DNA from: Vicugna vicugna
Taxonomy: Eukaryota
NCBI GenBank assembly: GCA_013265495.1
Contig: PNXW01000517.1
Span: forward strand, 1 to 64,000
Reading direction: 5' to 3'
DNA: 64,000 nt
The position numbers and the translations under genes were made by a program. The notes beneath the pieces were generated by a model. It was not told where the DNA came from. It did no database searches and saw only the letters and a list, made by a program, of their open reading frames with translations. Shown here in pieces: positions 25,671 through 38,680 of the stretch. The stretch's first letter is position 1. Each line of letters opens with the position of its first letter.

Positions 25671-28082
25671 TGTAATTTGAGTATAACTGAAGTTATTTTA
25701 TATTTGGAACTCCAAATATATTGTACAAAACACAGCAGGGTCCTCAACTTACGTAGAGAAATTGATCTTCCAATAAAATGTGGCCTCTGAAAACTTGCAA
25801 AAGGAAAAAAAAAAAGGAAGAGCAATTTTTTTTATAAATACCTTTGGATTCAACATGATTAGCATGTGAGACTTTCCAATAGTATACAATTTATATTAGT
25901 AATTTAATTATTAACAAGTTAATAATGTAATATTTGAAATTGCCAATGAAATTATAATTGTTCCTATCACATATATTTTATATGTCTGTCTATAAAAATG
26001 TTTCCATGAGGTAGTGAATATCACACTCTAATGGTGAAAAAAAAATGCCAAATGTAAAAAAAAAAAAATGAATGGTACATTATATCTCATATTTGATTCC
26101 ATGTATCATTACCACCAATGGAAATTTTTTGGGTTTTTATGTTGTATTGTTTCTAGTATTCTGTAATATATTACTTAACAGACCCCCTGCATTGACAGGG
26201 AAGCAACCTTGACTATTAAATATCACCCTTGAATTCTTCAAGGTCTAATGTGAAGAGGGAATTTTTTTTCTTAGGTTAAAATAAAATTCAAATAGCTTAT
26301 TTTCCCATTTTATTTTGTTTTTATCCACTGGAAGAACAATATAAAATCCATTTTAATTTCAAAACATTTTGAATCTCTTTGATTTTTAAAATTTATTTTA
26401 AAATATTGCAACACAGGCATCAGCATTAATTACACTGTAAAATAGAGGGACGAGCAAGCAGAAAATAATTGATTTTTTTTTACAAGAATAAACAAAACTT
26501 GACTCTGGACAATGTCCTAAATAAAAGAGAAAGTAAAAGGTGAAAACTTTTATTGCCATCTTGGCACCTGGAATATCTCAGGATATGCTCCAGGATTAAA
26601 TTGAATTTAATCTTGACCACTATCTCTTGACCTTGACACTGCTGACATTTTATAGATCATGAAAACTGAGATTCAGAGACTTAAAGTGATTTTACCTTAA
26701 AATATATATTGGGGAGGTGGATTCCCAGATTTATGTACCTCTCTGTCTAGTCTGTCTATCTGTCTATTTATCTATCCATTTGCCTAAATGTATCTCCTAT
26801 CTGCCCTCCTTTATACCTCAAATATTAAATATTTTGAGATAATGAATCTGAAATAAGAGTGGGCTGCTTTTTATTCACAAACAAACAAAAAAGAACTGAA
26901 AAGGAAGAAAGAAAAAAAGAAATGGAAGTTACAAAATAGAAATTATATGAATGTGGCAGAAGGTCAAGAGTATATGTGAAAAGTTTCTTAAAACACATAC
27001 AAAGTTATTTCAGTGTTTATAGTTAACTCATTTTGACATATTCTATTTACTAATATATACACACACACATTAAATTACAAAAATGGTCTCTCAAAGCCGC
27101 TGCATGAAATCCAATTCATGTTTTACTCCCAGTACAAAATTGTCCCTACCTAGGAGAATTCACTTGCAAAGAAACAACCATTATCCACCGTCCAATTCAG
27201 ATTATAGGTATATGTATTCTATATGATAAACAAAACCATCCAAATGCTGCCCAAATTTCAAAATGAATTACATATGACCATTTCTTGAAATCAATATGCA
27301 TCAATTTCATTGCAGATTTTTTCTTCCTATGTTATATTTAGAGTTGAAAATAAAATACTGGAAAAAGCCTCATTTTAGTGATTCATGTGTTTTATAGAGC
27401 ATAAAGGTTTTAAAACTAGGGTTTAATTCTTATAAAGATAAAAAACTGAATCACAGATATATGCAGTGAATTATTCAAGGGCTGTTGGAAAACACAGAAG
27501 AGTGTCCTCTAGAGACTAGATAATGCAGACTTTTCCACTGAAGTATATTTTTATACCTTACTCTCTCCTCACTTTTCATCAAAACTCGTCTCAAGGATCA
27601 TTCTTGATTACAAAAGAAAGCTGGTGTGATTATATACAGAGATGCAGCAAGGTGTAGATTCACATAAGAAGCGTCTGTAAATTGGCTTTGCTGAGAATGT
27701 TATAAGAAATCTGGAAAGTGTCTAAAGCACAAAACCCTCTCCACCAGAGGATCACCTCCTCCATTCTTAAGATCCTTAAAATACCCTAATGTTCTTGACC
27801 TTCCCCAGCCTGACTTGCCTCATTCACGTGTAGGGCTGGGAAATCAGTAAACCTGGTTACCAGGTCAATTTTAAATGCATTAGTTATACAAAGTCTATTG
27901 TGGTTCCGCAAAATGGACTGATCATACATCAGTCTCAACGTCTGTATTGAGTTACTTTTCATTGCCATCATTTATCTAGAATTGACAGCACTGCAACATG
28001 GCTTTTATAGAATCAGAATCACGTTACCCAGGACGGTGTCCTCTGGAGTCTAGAAAAGCCTTGTTCTCCATGGTACCCTTAC

Positions 28083-28133
28083 CTGGAGACCTACCCAAGG
28101 CTATTCCTTCAAGCGTTTCCACAGCAGGATCAA
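28083..28133 (-). other. Candidate 51-nt non-coding 5'UTR exon of the OR2L gene
   Basis: Minus strand TTCTGTACTCTTTGCCCCTTCTTTAG| 51 nt ending CTCCAG |GTAAGG; donor and pyrimidine tract also present in the paralog at ~62705-62785. Confidence 0.45.
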
Positions 28134-31100
28134 CTAAAGAAGGGGCAAAGAGTACAGAATAATTTGTAATCGTTTATTCATAGTATTTAATAATCAAGTG
28201 ATGGGTATTGTTAATTTTTGAACCCATAAAGTTTGAGATCCATATTGTTTACAATATAAAGAGATCTAGAATACACAGTGAGTATTTGTGTATGTATGTT
28301 TTGTGTGTTATAATTCATATCATTCCATGAAATTGTCCAATGATGAATCAGCATTAATAAGCAGGCAATTAGGTAGACAGGTATTTTTAAAGACAGAAAC
28401 TGATTGTAAGTTTGCGTCCTTCAAATTTTGCTTTGCAATGAGAATGCTTTCAGTCTGCTTTATTACGCAACCACGTCAGAGAGCGTTGAAGTTGCAAACT
28501 AGATATAATTCTAGCTCACCTACGTATAAAGAATTTAAGTTTAGAGCATTTAACTATCTTAATCTATATCTTTTATGTGGAATAGGCACAAAGAAACACT
28601 GGAATATTTTAACTGTCCATTAGATAAAACTTGCCATCACCATCGTTTACATTTATCTCACTTGTCACTACAACTGCTTGATGATACAATTTCAAATTGT
28701 TTTCGTATATGTGATACACACAAAATCTCTACAAGTTTGTTTATTCAGGAATTGTTACTCTTTCACTAGAAAATTATTGATGTGTACAGGAAATTTTAAA
28801 AAACACATAAATAAAATGCAAAAGTTAAAAGCATAAGCCACTTCAATGTCACGCAGTTTGTGTTTAATAACCAAAAAATGAATAACTAGAACAAAACATA
28901 TTATTTGTTACCTGGATTATTTTTAGAAGTTACCCTTTAAATTATATATATTATATATAATTATCCATAGATAGTAATATTAGCCATTAATATATATTAC
29001 ATTACTTTAACCATTTTATATTTTCATATAAAATCCAGAGAAGCAATTTCTAGGTTTTGATTAGAAACTCTGAACTCATGTGAGGTAAAAGAACAAGTAA
29101 GAATCAGTATTCAGATTGCAATGGGTGCCAAGTAATCACTCTTCATTTTATAAAAGCTATTATAATAAGTAGAAAATAAAGTAGATTGTCCTTCACAATC
29201 TTTATTGAGGATTGTGATTCTTAAGTGTTAAGTTATTTAAGTATCACTCGAGCACATCCAAAGCATCTTCCAAGACCCGCATCTCACCTTGCATTCAGAA
29301 AGCACAGTTACGAATCAGCTCCAAAACCGCCATCTGTTGTCCATTTCATATTCTTTAATTTTTCCTGAACAACATTGTAAAAAGTACAGCCACTCACTCA
29401 ACATCAAACGTCATTTGAAAGCTTTTTCCTTAACCTAACCAACTCTTACATACAATGCGTCACTCATTTCCCAAACTGGTTACCTTCAGTCTTGAATGAT
29501 TTCCATACAAACAGTAACCCACACTGCCCAAAGGTTAATACCACAGAATTAGCACCTATGTGATTACACAGCATGCTTGCATGAAAACATCTCAACTCCT
29601 AAGGAATATAAATTGTGTTATTGGTCCTGTTTTAAAGCATTCTCCACTTGGCTGCAATTTATCCCATCTCCAGAGAATACATCACGAGCTGTGGATACAG
29701 TGCATCCACACTTCATTAATGACTATTACTCTTCCTTCAACTTCCTTTTTGTTTTTTTTTTCCCTATAAATATCTTAGTTCAATTTTGGCCAAATAAATT
29801 CTTATACTTGACATTCTCTTAAAATTCATGTAAACTTTTATTATATACTTTCCATAGAATACCATGATTAGTCTCAATTATATTTCAGAATACGGTATAC
29901 TTTAGGGTAAGCCCATGTATTACTCATTGTACGTCCAGAACAGTAATTCAAAGACAGAATCAAGAGTTGCCTTTATTATCAATGTTAGTGTTTTCCTGTG
30001 ATTTTACAATCAATCATTTAAAATCAGATCAATTCTCAGAATTGTATGATAACACATTTTAAGTTTAAAAAGAGCTTCATATCTTTTAAAAAAAGTGTGA
30101 CTAAGTGAGCAGCCCATCTATTTTTAAGGACACATAATTTAGTATAAAGTATTTGTATCTTTTGTTTATGCCAAGCTCAGCCAATTAAAATTTTCTCTTT
30201 GGAGTTCTCTGGCTAATGAGATGCCTAGATGTATTTATTGCTTATTATATAAAAATGTAGTTAATTCTACATAAACTTCTCTTACCTACTTGCTCAAGAG
30301 TCCCTCCTCTTCTGTGGTGAATAAAAATAATACAATTAGTATTAGCACCTTTTATTATTTCTGTACTTTCACAAACTCTCTGGCTTGATTAGCTGACAGC
30401 AGTCCAACCATCATCATATAAATGAAGTTGTTTTCTGAGTAAACGTCTTTGAAAATTATCCAAGCAAATGTACATAGATTAAACTTTCATTTCTGCAATT
30501 GACATTTTAAACATCTCCATGGAAACTCAAGAGCAATCATGATTCTAGGATTCTAGACCTTCTTTACTGGGAGATTTAGCCTAATGCTTTTTTTTTTGGA
30601 TTCACATAGAAATTTCCACTGAGACTTGGAATGTAGGTAAAGTCACTACTAGGCTGTGATGGCCGTGTGCCAAGTTGGGGAAGGTCCTCTGAGAACTTCT
30701 TTAGGTGTTTTCACAAGTGCATTTAGGGTCAATACAGTAGTGAAGAAAACAAACATCTTTATACAGACTTTTCCAGTATTATTATGTCCCTGAACTTTAT
30801 TTAAACATAAATTTTCAATATCATAGTTCAGTAATTGTACAGTAATGATATGTCTGTACAGTAATGATATATGCATGAATTTGGCTCCCAGTTTTGAATG
30901 CATTAACCAAACATTTAATACATTAAATGGAATGTGGTTAGTTTAATAAAAACATATAAGCAGAAATTCTTAACATGTCACACTTATGGAAGTTTTCTTT
31001 CATTGATTTTAGGTATTATATATTTTCAGTTATATTTCCATTCTGTTGGAAATATTCACTAAACTACAAAACAACTTTCACTTGTTAAGCTTGTAAAAAT

Positions 31101-31143
31101 GATCATCATACTTTGGTGGAATGATGTTTAGAAAATATTCAAC

Positions 31144-31179
31144 ATCACTTCTCAGCCTATTGGCTAAGATCAAGTGTAG
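31144..31179 (+). pseudogene. RNU2: 3'-truncated (tailless) U2 snRNA retropseudogene
   Basis: ATCACTTCTCAGCCTATTGGCTAAGATCAAGTGTAG matches U2 nt 1-36 at 33/36; direct repeat tagaaaatattcaac at 31129-31143 and 31177-31191. Confidence 0.92.
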
Positions 31180-32359
31180 AAAATATTCAACAATGTACTT
31201 TTATTGCAGATCATACCTTAAATATTCTTATATTTCTCATAGTTTTATAAGTGAATTAACTACACCTTTCATTTGGAAAAGGGAACTACTGAGCCAATTA
31301 AATTTTAAAATATGTTTAAAAAATGATTTTAAACATGTTTGATTTCTGAATTACAGTGTGTCTCAGTGAAAACGTCTTTAATTTAGAGTTCTCTGGGCTT
31401 CATGGAGTTAGATGTCTATTTCTCTCCCCAGATTTGGGAAGGATCTTTTTATCATTATTACTTTAAATATGCTTTCTGCCCTCTTTCTCTTATATTCTAT
31501 TATATCATATTATAGGAGCCTATAATTTGATTCTGATGCTATAAATAGCACCCTGAAGGGAACAGTGGTACCTTCACAAGACTCGTTTCAGGATCATATT
31601 GGCCAGTCCTCATGACGGAAGAGTCTTCAGATGTAATTCACCTAATTTCTCAAGATTTTATAGGTCTTTCAATTATTTTTAGTATGATCAGTTTAAAATG
31701 GATTGACTTTGTCTCTTCCTAGTTAAGAACCCTAGCTGATCATATTAGGTTCCAAATCCCATTTTGAGTCAGTAGGAAAATCTTGCTACAAAATACTCTA
31801 GTAAAGAGAAGGTGAGAACCTGGAGTGAGTCAGTCATTACAGCCATTGAGAGGGATCTTGAAAATGTTCACTTAGAAAACATCAGACTTTTTATGATACA
31901 TTGGTTTGTTGCAATGAAAGAACAAAAAGTTTATATTAGCTTGAAATTGTCATACTGACTCATCATTTTTGTGAGCTGTATCTACATGTCCCCCACAACA
32001 TTTGAAGTGCTTAGTAATTATTTGGTCATTGGTGTTAAGCAGCAACTGTCTTTTTTGCCCTTTAAATATTTTTGTTTTAAGAAATATCTTTTTAGATTTC
32101 TCCAAATTTTAAAGTAATATAATTAAGTGAGATGAGGGAAATTGTTGAACAGCAAACAACTGTTACATTTTTCCAGATTGCTATGATATTTTCATCGGTT
32201 CCTTGTGATGAAAAAAAAAAATTCCACGTTAAATTTGGCGAGAAGCAAGTTATAACCAATTGGCGTTCTATGAGCTAAGCTTTTAATCACTTAGTGCCCT
32301 GGTAAACACTAAATGCTTGATTGACATGAGTAGAAAAATATCCAAATTCATATCACCAC

Positions 32360-33025
32360 TTCAGAAGTCTCTCACTGTCACTGGACTGCAAATCTGTACA
32401 GTTATTATGGAAAACAACATAACGTTTCCTCAAAACAAAAAAATATTGAACTACCATATGATCAAATTATCTCACTTCTGGGTATATATCTAAATAAAAT
32501 GAAATCACTATGACAAAGAGATATATACACTCTCCTGTTAATTCCACATTATTCACAATAGCCAAAACACGAAAAGAGCCTAAATGTCTATCAGTGGATG
32601 AATGGATAGAGAGAATGTGGTAAATACACACACAATGGGGGTACCATTCAGCCTCAGAAAAGAAGGAAATTGTGTCACTCTGACAACATGCATGAACCTG
32701 GAGGACGTAAGGCTTAGGTATATACACCGGACACACAAAGACACATATTGCATGATGTCACTTACATGTGGAATGTGAAAATGTCAAACTCCTAGAAAGT
32801 AGAACGGTGTTTACCAGAGGCTGGGGAATGAGGGGAAATGTACAAACTTTCAGATATGCAGGATGAAAAAGTTCTAAACTTTAATGTGGAATAGAGTGAG
32901 TATAGCTAATATCACTCTATTATATACTTGAAATTTGCCAAGACAGTAGGTTTTAACTATTCCCATCAAAAAAAAGGAACAATGTAAGGTAAAGGAAATG
33001 TTAATTGGTCTGATTATGGTGATGA
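32360..33025 (+). mobile_element. L1M 3' end, paralog of 12270-13040
   Basis: L1 3'UTR motifs; same 5' junction context as the 12270 copy. Confidence 0.8.
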
Positions 33026-33408
33026 TTGTGGGAGCCCATGAATGGGTTAACAAATTGTAACAGATCCCAGCTGCTTATCTCCTTAAAGAAGATGTGCTTA
33101 GTAACTGCCTTGAGGTTTTAACAATGACCTAGGACCCTGGCTATAAACGCTGGGCATGCCTGGTGTTAGTCTTCTATCCCCAACAGAGCCTTGGGCTGGA
33201 ATGGTAAACAACTCATAGAAAGCTGCAGACTCAGAAGTGAGAAGGCTGGTTAGCCAGTGACAGGTAAGACCCCTGAGGGGGCTACCTGAGACAGGCACAG
33301 TCGCCTGAGTCCAAGAAAATCTTGTCAAGGAGCTGATTCTCATAATGCTGGAATTGTTCAGGATATTCTTATCAAATACTGTATTCACCCTTTTAGCTAA
33401 GGATGTAC

Positions 33409-33757
33409 ACTGAAGTCCACCCTCATCTGAGGTTTCACTTCCTAAGGTTTTAGTTACCAAAGATCAACCATGGTCTGAAAATATTCAATGGAAAGTTCTG
33501 AAAGTAAACACTTCATAAGAAGTTTTACATTGTGAGACCACATTCACATAGCGTTTCTACAGTATAGTGTGATAATTGTTCTATTTCTTTGTTAATTATT
33601 GTTGATGTCTTACTGTGCCTAATTTATAAATTATATTTCATCATAGATAAGATAAGTAGGAAAAAAACATTACATGTAGACATTAGTACTATCTGTGGCG
33701 TCAGGCATCCAGTGGGGGTCTGGGAACATAGTCCCTGTGGACAAGGGGGGGCTACTC
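33409..33757 (+). mobile_element. MER44-like (Tigger7-derived) non-autonomous DNA transposon
   Basis: Degenerate terminal inverted repeats (gtccaccctcatctgagg / ctgtggacaagggggggctact) and internal gagaccacattcacata...cttactgtgcctaatttataaatta as in recalled MER44. Confidence 0.8.
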
Positions 33758-34424
33758 TCCCTTGATTTTACCACAACTAGTGTATATATGCACATATATG
33801 TATATATATATTTATCACTTGACTAACAAAGATTTCAAAACAAAGCACTCAATACATAATGGATATTTTAAGCAAAGGTTGTAAATTTTTCTTGATTTGG
33901 AAACTTCCAGGAGAGGACAGAATGATAGATGTGGTATTGTTGGTTTGTAATGTTATGTAATTAAGCATTTTGTTGCCCTAAATTCTTCTCCAATTAACCT
34001 GAGGTTGGGGCAGGGACAGAAATTGCTTGTACTTAGCAAACTGTTGCTGGAACCTCTCTACATCATTTCTTCCATGCAGAGGTGCCACTCTCTGCTTTGG
34101 ACATCACAATAAAGAAAGATACAGGGATGCTGGCTGTGACAAGGATGGAATTAAGGTATGGACATTCTTACACACAGTAGTTGCTTATTTTGTTGTGCAA
34201 GAAAACATGGATTTGAGCATTTCAAAATTTAGTCATTTCTATATTTAGAACCCATGTTAATAAAAATTAAATGGTACTTATTAAATATCTTTTAATAAAT
34301 GTTATTCTTATGACATTAATATTTAATTAAATACTATTTAATGAATATAATATATTAATAGTTATAAATAATATAAATAATATGCATTGAGTAAATATTA
34401 TTTATTTAATAATAGTAATCATAC

Positions 34425-34745
34425 ATTTAATTTTTTCCTATTACATTGAGATATAACTGACATAACATTGTATTAATTTTAGGTGTAAAACATAACATTT
34501 GGATATATATATATATATTGCAAAAAGATGTCCACAATAAGGTTAGATAGTACCCACCACCACACATAGGTACAATTTTCTTTCTTCTGATGAGACCTTT
34601 TAAAATCTGCTCTGTTAACAACTTTCCAATATACAATATAACCTTGTTAACTATAATCACCATGCTGTTCACTCTATACCCAGGATTTATTTATCTCATA
34701 ACTTCAAGTTTGTGCCTTTTGCTCACCTTCATCCTTTGCGCCTAT
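34425..34745 (-). mobile_element. L1 3' end
   Basis: attgagatataactgacataacattgtatta...ttaactataatcaccatgctgt, typical antisense L1MA 3'UTR. Confidence 0.75.
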
Positions 34746-34845
34746 GAATTTTTATAAAATTTTGATAAGTTATTGTAAGCTTTAAAATATCATTTAACAG
34801 TTTCATACAAATACAGAAAGTATATAGATTTCCCTCTCTCTCCAT

Positions 34846-34877
<32 letters not shown>

Positions 34878-35195
34878 ATGTGATTTTTAAAAGATAATTT
34901 TTACAAATTCATACAAATTTAGCAGGAGAATAATGGAAGCATGAGTCACCTTTTACTGTCTTTAAGTGGCTCTAGTGATTATAATTAACAACCTAGAGGG
35001 ATAGATACAATTTTAGATATATGTAATTATAAAACAAAAATCTGGGACAACTTTACTATTATCAGGGTTTTGGAAACATCCATTTCTTTCCACACTTGAT
35101 GAGATTAAAAAAATTTTAATTTTTTTTCCCCAAAGATATGAATAACAGATACCTCCAAATATTTAATATAAAAACACATACTTCAAGCATTTTCC

Positions 35196-36140
35196 CTATA
35201 ATTTCTTATGGAAAATTTTACTTTTGAGTATATTTTTCATTGCCTCTAAAACATCTCTATTTCTGATGCTGTAGATAATTGGGTTGAAAGAAGGTGTGAG
35301 GATGGTATAGAATATTGCTAGGAACTTATCCTGGCCTGGACTGTGGTACTTTTTAGGTCTCATATACGTGAAAATAAATGGCCCGTAGTACATTATGACC
35401 ACGATCATGTGGAAGAAACAGGTAGGAAATGACTTTTTCCGTGCCTCCAATGATTGCATTTGGAAGACAGTAAGGAGGATTTGGACATAAGAGGCAGAGA
35501 TAAGAGAGAACGGAACAAGAAGGAAGATGATGCCACTCACATAAACTCCTCGTTCATAGCGTGTCGTGTCCACACAGGACAAAACCAACATGGCAGGGAC
35601 TTCGCAGAAAAAGTGATCGATGGTTCTTGAGGAACAGAAGGGAAAGTGGAGTGTGAAAGCCGTGTGGACTGTGGAGTTGACTGCCCCAACGAGCCAGGAC
35701 CCTCCAGCCATGAGGATGCTGACGTTTTCGTTCATAAGAATGGGATAGCGCAGCGGGTGACAGATGGCTACGTAGCGGTCATAGGACATCGCCACCAGGA
35801 GGAGGCACTCACCACCCAAGAGGGTGAGGGATAGGAATATTTAGAAGCCACAACCTGCAAATGAAATAATTCTGCTTCCTGCCAGAAAGTTGATGATCAT
35901 TTTGGGAACAATGTTGCTGGTATGCAGGATATCCATAAAAGAGAGATGGCTGAGCAGGAAATACATCGGAGTGTGAAGCTGAGATTCCCTGCGGATAAGG
36001 AGAATCATGACTGCATTTTCTGTTACAGTCATAATAAAAATGATGAAAATGAAGGAGAAGAAGATCAGACTTGTTTGGGAAGAAGAGAAGAGTCCCAAAA
36101 GAATAAAGTCACTGCTGAAAGTCTGATTCTCATGTCCCAT
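35196..36140 (-). pseudogene. OR2AJ1: OR2AJ1-like olfactory receptor with one in-frame nonsense codon (codon 100)
   Basis: MGHENQTFSSDFILLGLFSSS...FAGCGF*IFLSLTLLGGECLLL...MSYDRY...DTTRYERGV...PGQDKFLAIFYTILTP closely resembles recalled human OR2AJ1. The two listed ORFs are in the same frame; TAA at 35841-35843. Confidence 0.85.
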
Positions 36141-38489
36141 AATGAGTTCTTCCTCTGACCTAAAAATAAATAAATGAGTAAATGAATCAACAAATGAACA
36201 AGAGGTAAATTGAAAAGGGAGAAAAATTAGCATAAATCTCAAACTCCTTTACATTTCATTGCAATTAAACCACCATATTTCTATTTTGCAATCTTTTGCA
36301 AATAAAACCAAGACTCTCAGCCACCTTTTGAAGTGGGCATGTTTTACAAGATGGACATTTACTTGTTGAATCAACTAATACTTTTCTTTGTTATGAAATA
36401 AACAAACCCCTTAATTCTATGTTTAATGCCTTGGAATGTTAACAGTGTTTTGCCATAATTATAAGGATTTTAAAAGATCAGCATAGGAATGAGTTTTGAA
36501 GATGTTTGCATGTATAAATAGTTCTGGCTCTTTTGAATGCTTTGACCTACAGCTCAGTAGAATTTAAGATTTAAGGTTGTGGTGTCTCCCATGAACTGGT
36601 TGATTATAAATTACCCTCTAAAATCAATGAATATTACTGACAACTCTAATTTAATATACCTGTATCTAAAATTGTTTACTTTTTCCCACTGTCTAGAATC
36701 ATTTTGTCCTTCAGGTTTTTTTTTTTTCCACTAATGATTTGCTTTGATAGAATCATCTTAATTCAAAGCTTAATATGTCACTTTAGTGCTAAGAAGAGTG
36801 GACAGTGTCTATTCACATTGAATCCCCATTGCTACACAGAGCCCCTGGCCCACTGTATGTTCTCAAATGCTTATTAAAGAAATTACTGACTTATGCTTCT
36901 GTGGCTTCTGATATTAATGATTTTTCAATGAGGCCTCAATTATATTTACCTTTTTAGAGAGTTTGTGTTGTCTCCACAAGAATGTGTATCTATTCCTTTG
37001 TCTTCAGATAGTGGATGCACTCCATAATATATCCCCTAACTCATTGATCATCTTACTTTTGTCACATTTCCCACACCCTGCCCCAACACCCGTGAGGCAT
37101 CTACAATTTTTACAACCACCTATTATAACTCTTAGCTTAACCAGTCAATCAGGCATCTGGAAAATCCTCCCATGGTACTGGAAAGATAGACAAAATTTTA
37201 TTATGACATCTAAGATCTTGAATGAAAGTTGTTCTAGAAGCCTAAGTGCAACAATCCAGTTGCCAGCTTCCTTCTTCTAAGTTAAACAGTTGAGAAAACT
37301 CATGTCACATATCACATAGCCTCTTCCACATACGTACAACTCTTACCCAAGGTAAGATACTTCTCTCTCCATCTAGCACCAAATCTTCCTTGTTTAATAA
37401 AGCTAAATTTCAGAAAAGAGATGCAGCATGTACTTTGCATTGCTATATCTTCTAGAAGCTTGGAAGCTAATCACAGAAAATGCTGTAATTTTTAGATATT
37501 ATTTTAGATATAAACACAGTCATATTTCAATTCTTCCTCACAGGATAGATACTTTTGTATTCTTTACTCAGTGAATACTTTATTTATTTATTTATTTATT
37601 TATTTATACACTATTATAATACTTATAATATTCTTATCACTTTGCATTTATCATGATTCTCAAAATATATGTATCCATTAAGTTTGGCTTCACTAGAATC
37701 AAACTACTTTTTTCATTTTTTGACCACATTTCTCTGTAATATAAATCAAGCACATAGAATTTGTCTAGAGGTCAATTATTCACAAATCTTGTTACGATTT
37801 AGATTTAACTAGAGGCCAGTTATTCACTGATTTTGTTAAGGCTACACGTTTATAAGTTAAACAATTGTTTCTATGCTGCTATGTTTTGCCTTTGCATTAA
37901 AGTTTTGACTGTAAAGGCAAACAAAAGAGAAAACATGAAATCCTTTCTTTCTGAAAATAAATTTATTTTGAAAGGTGTTTGACATGGAAATCCTTGGCAA
38001 TGTTTTGTATTTGATACCTTATGACACTACCATTTTTATTTTTTGAGCTTTTCTATAAACTTATAATATCAGGGACCCACTTGACATAATAATTATAAGC
38101 TCTATTATGAAACTTCAAATATCAGACTTGCTTGGTGTACAACTGACTCAAAATAACTGGTTGTTAGTAATAATTCAATTAACTACAATGGAGTTTCATG
38201 AAAGATGCAATTGTCAGACATTGAATTGCCTTAAACACGAAGGGAATAAAATCATTACTCATGTTTAAGAAGTTGACGTGGAATATGGGTTCAATAAATG
38301 TATGATAAATATTAGCTAGCCTGGTGGTCAGTGTGCTATTGACTCAAATAATTATATTACCAAAGTAGAAATATAAGCTAAAATTTCCCCAATGCTTTGA
38401 AGAGATAAGCAAGAAAATACAATTCAACTACATATCTTTAGAATATTTAATTTTATGTCTCATCGTAATACAGAACACTAATCAGAAAT

Positions 38490-38680
38490 GACATCATACC
38501 TGAAATGAATGTCTATTAAATCAGGATGATGGTGTTACCCTTCTCATAGGGTTGTTTTGAAGATTAAATAAGTCACATTAAACAATGTATTAAATAACAC
38601 ACTCACATATATATGTGCACATACACACACACACACACACACACAGAACAAAGCCTGGTACATAGTAAATACCCAAAAAC
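38490..38680 (+). mobile_element. MIR-like fragment with (CA)n
   Basis: ctcatagggttgttttgaagattaaataag...gcctggtacatagtaaatac resembles the MIR core/3' end. Confidence 0.6.

Noticed and set aside
33028..33400. 120-aa ORF and LTR-like segment
   Set aside because: ORF begins in the MER44 element and has no motif; the segment may be an LTR fragment but I could not define termini.
36141..36242. N-terminal extension of the OR2AJ1-like ORF (likewise 45796-45807 for OR2T and 57641-57687)
   Set aside because: Non-ATG starts; the 36141-36242 extension runs through the splice acceptor. True starts are 36140 and 45795; the 57 kb copy has none.
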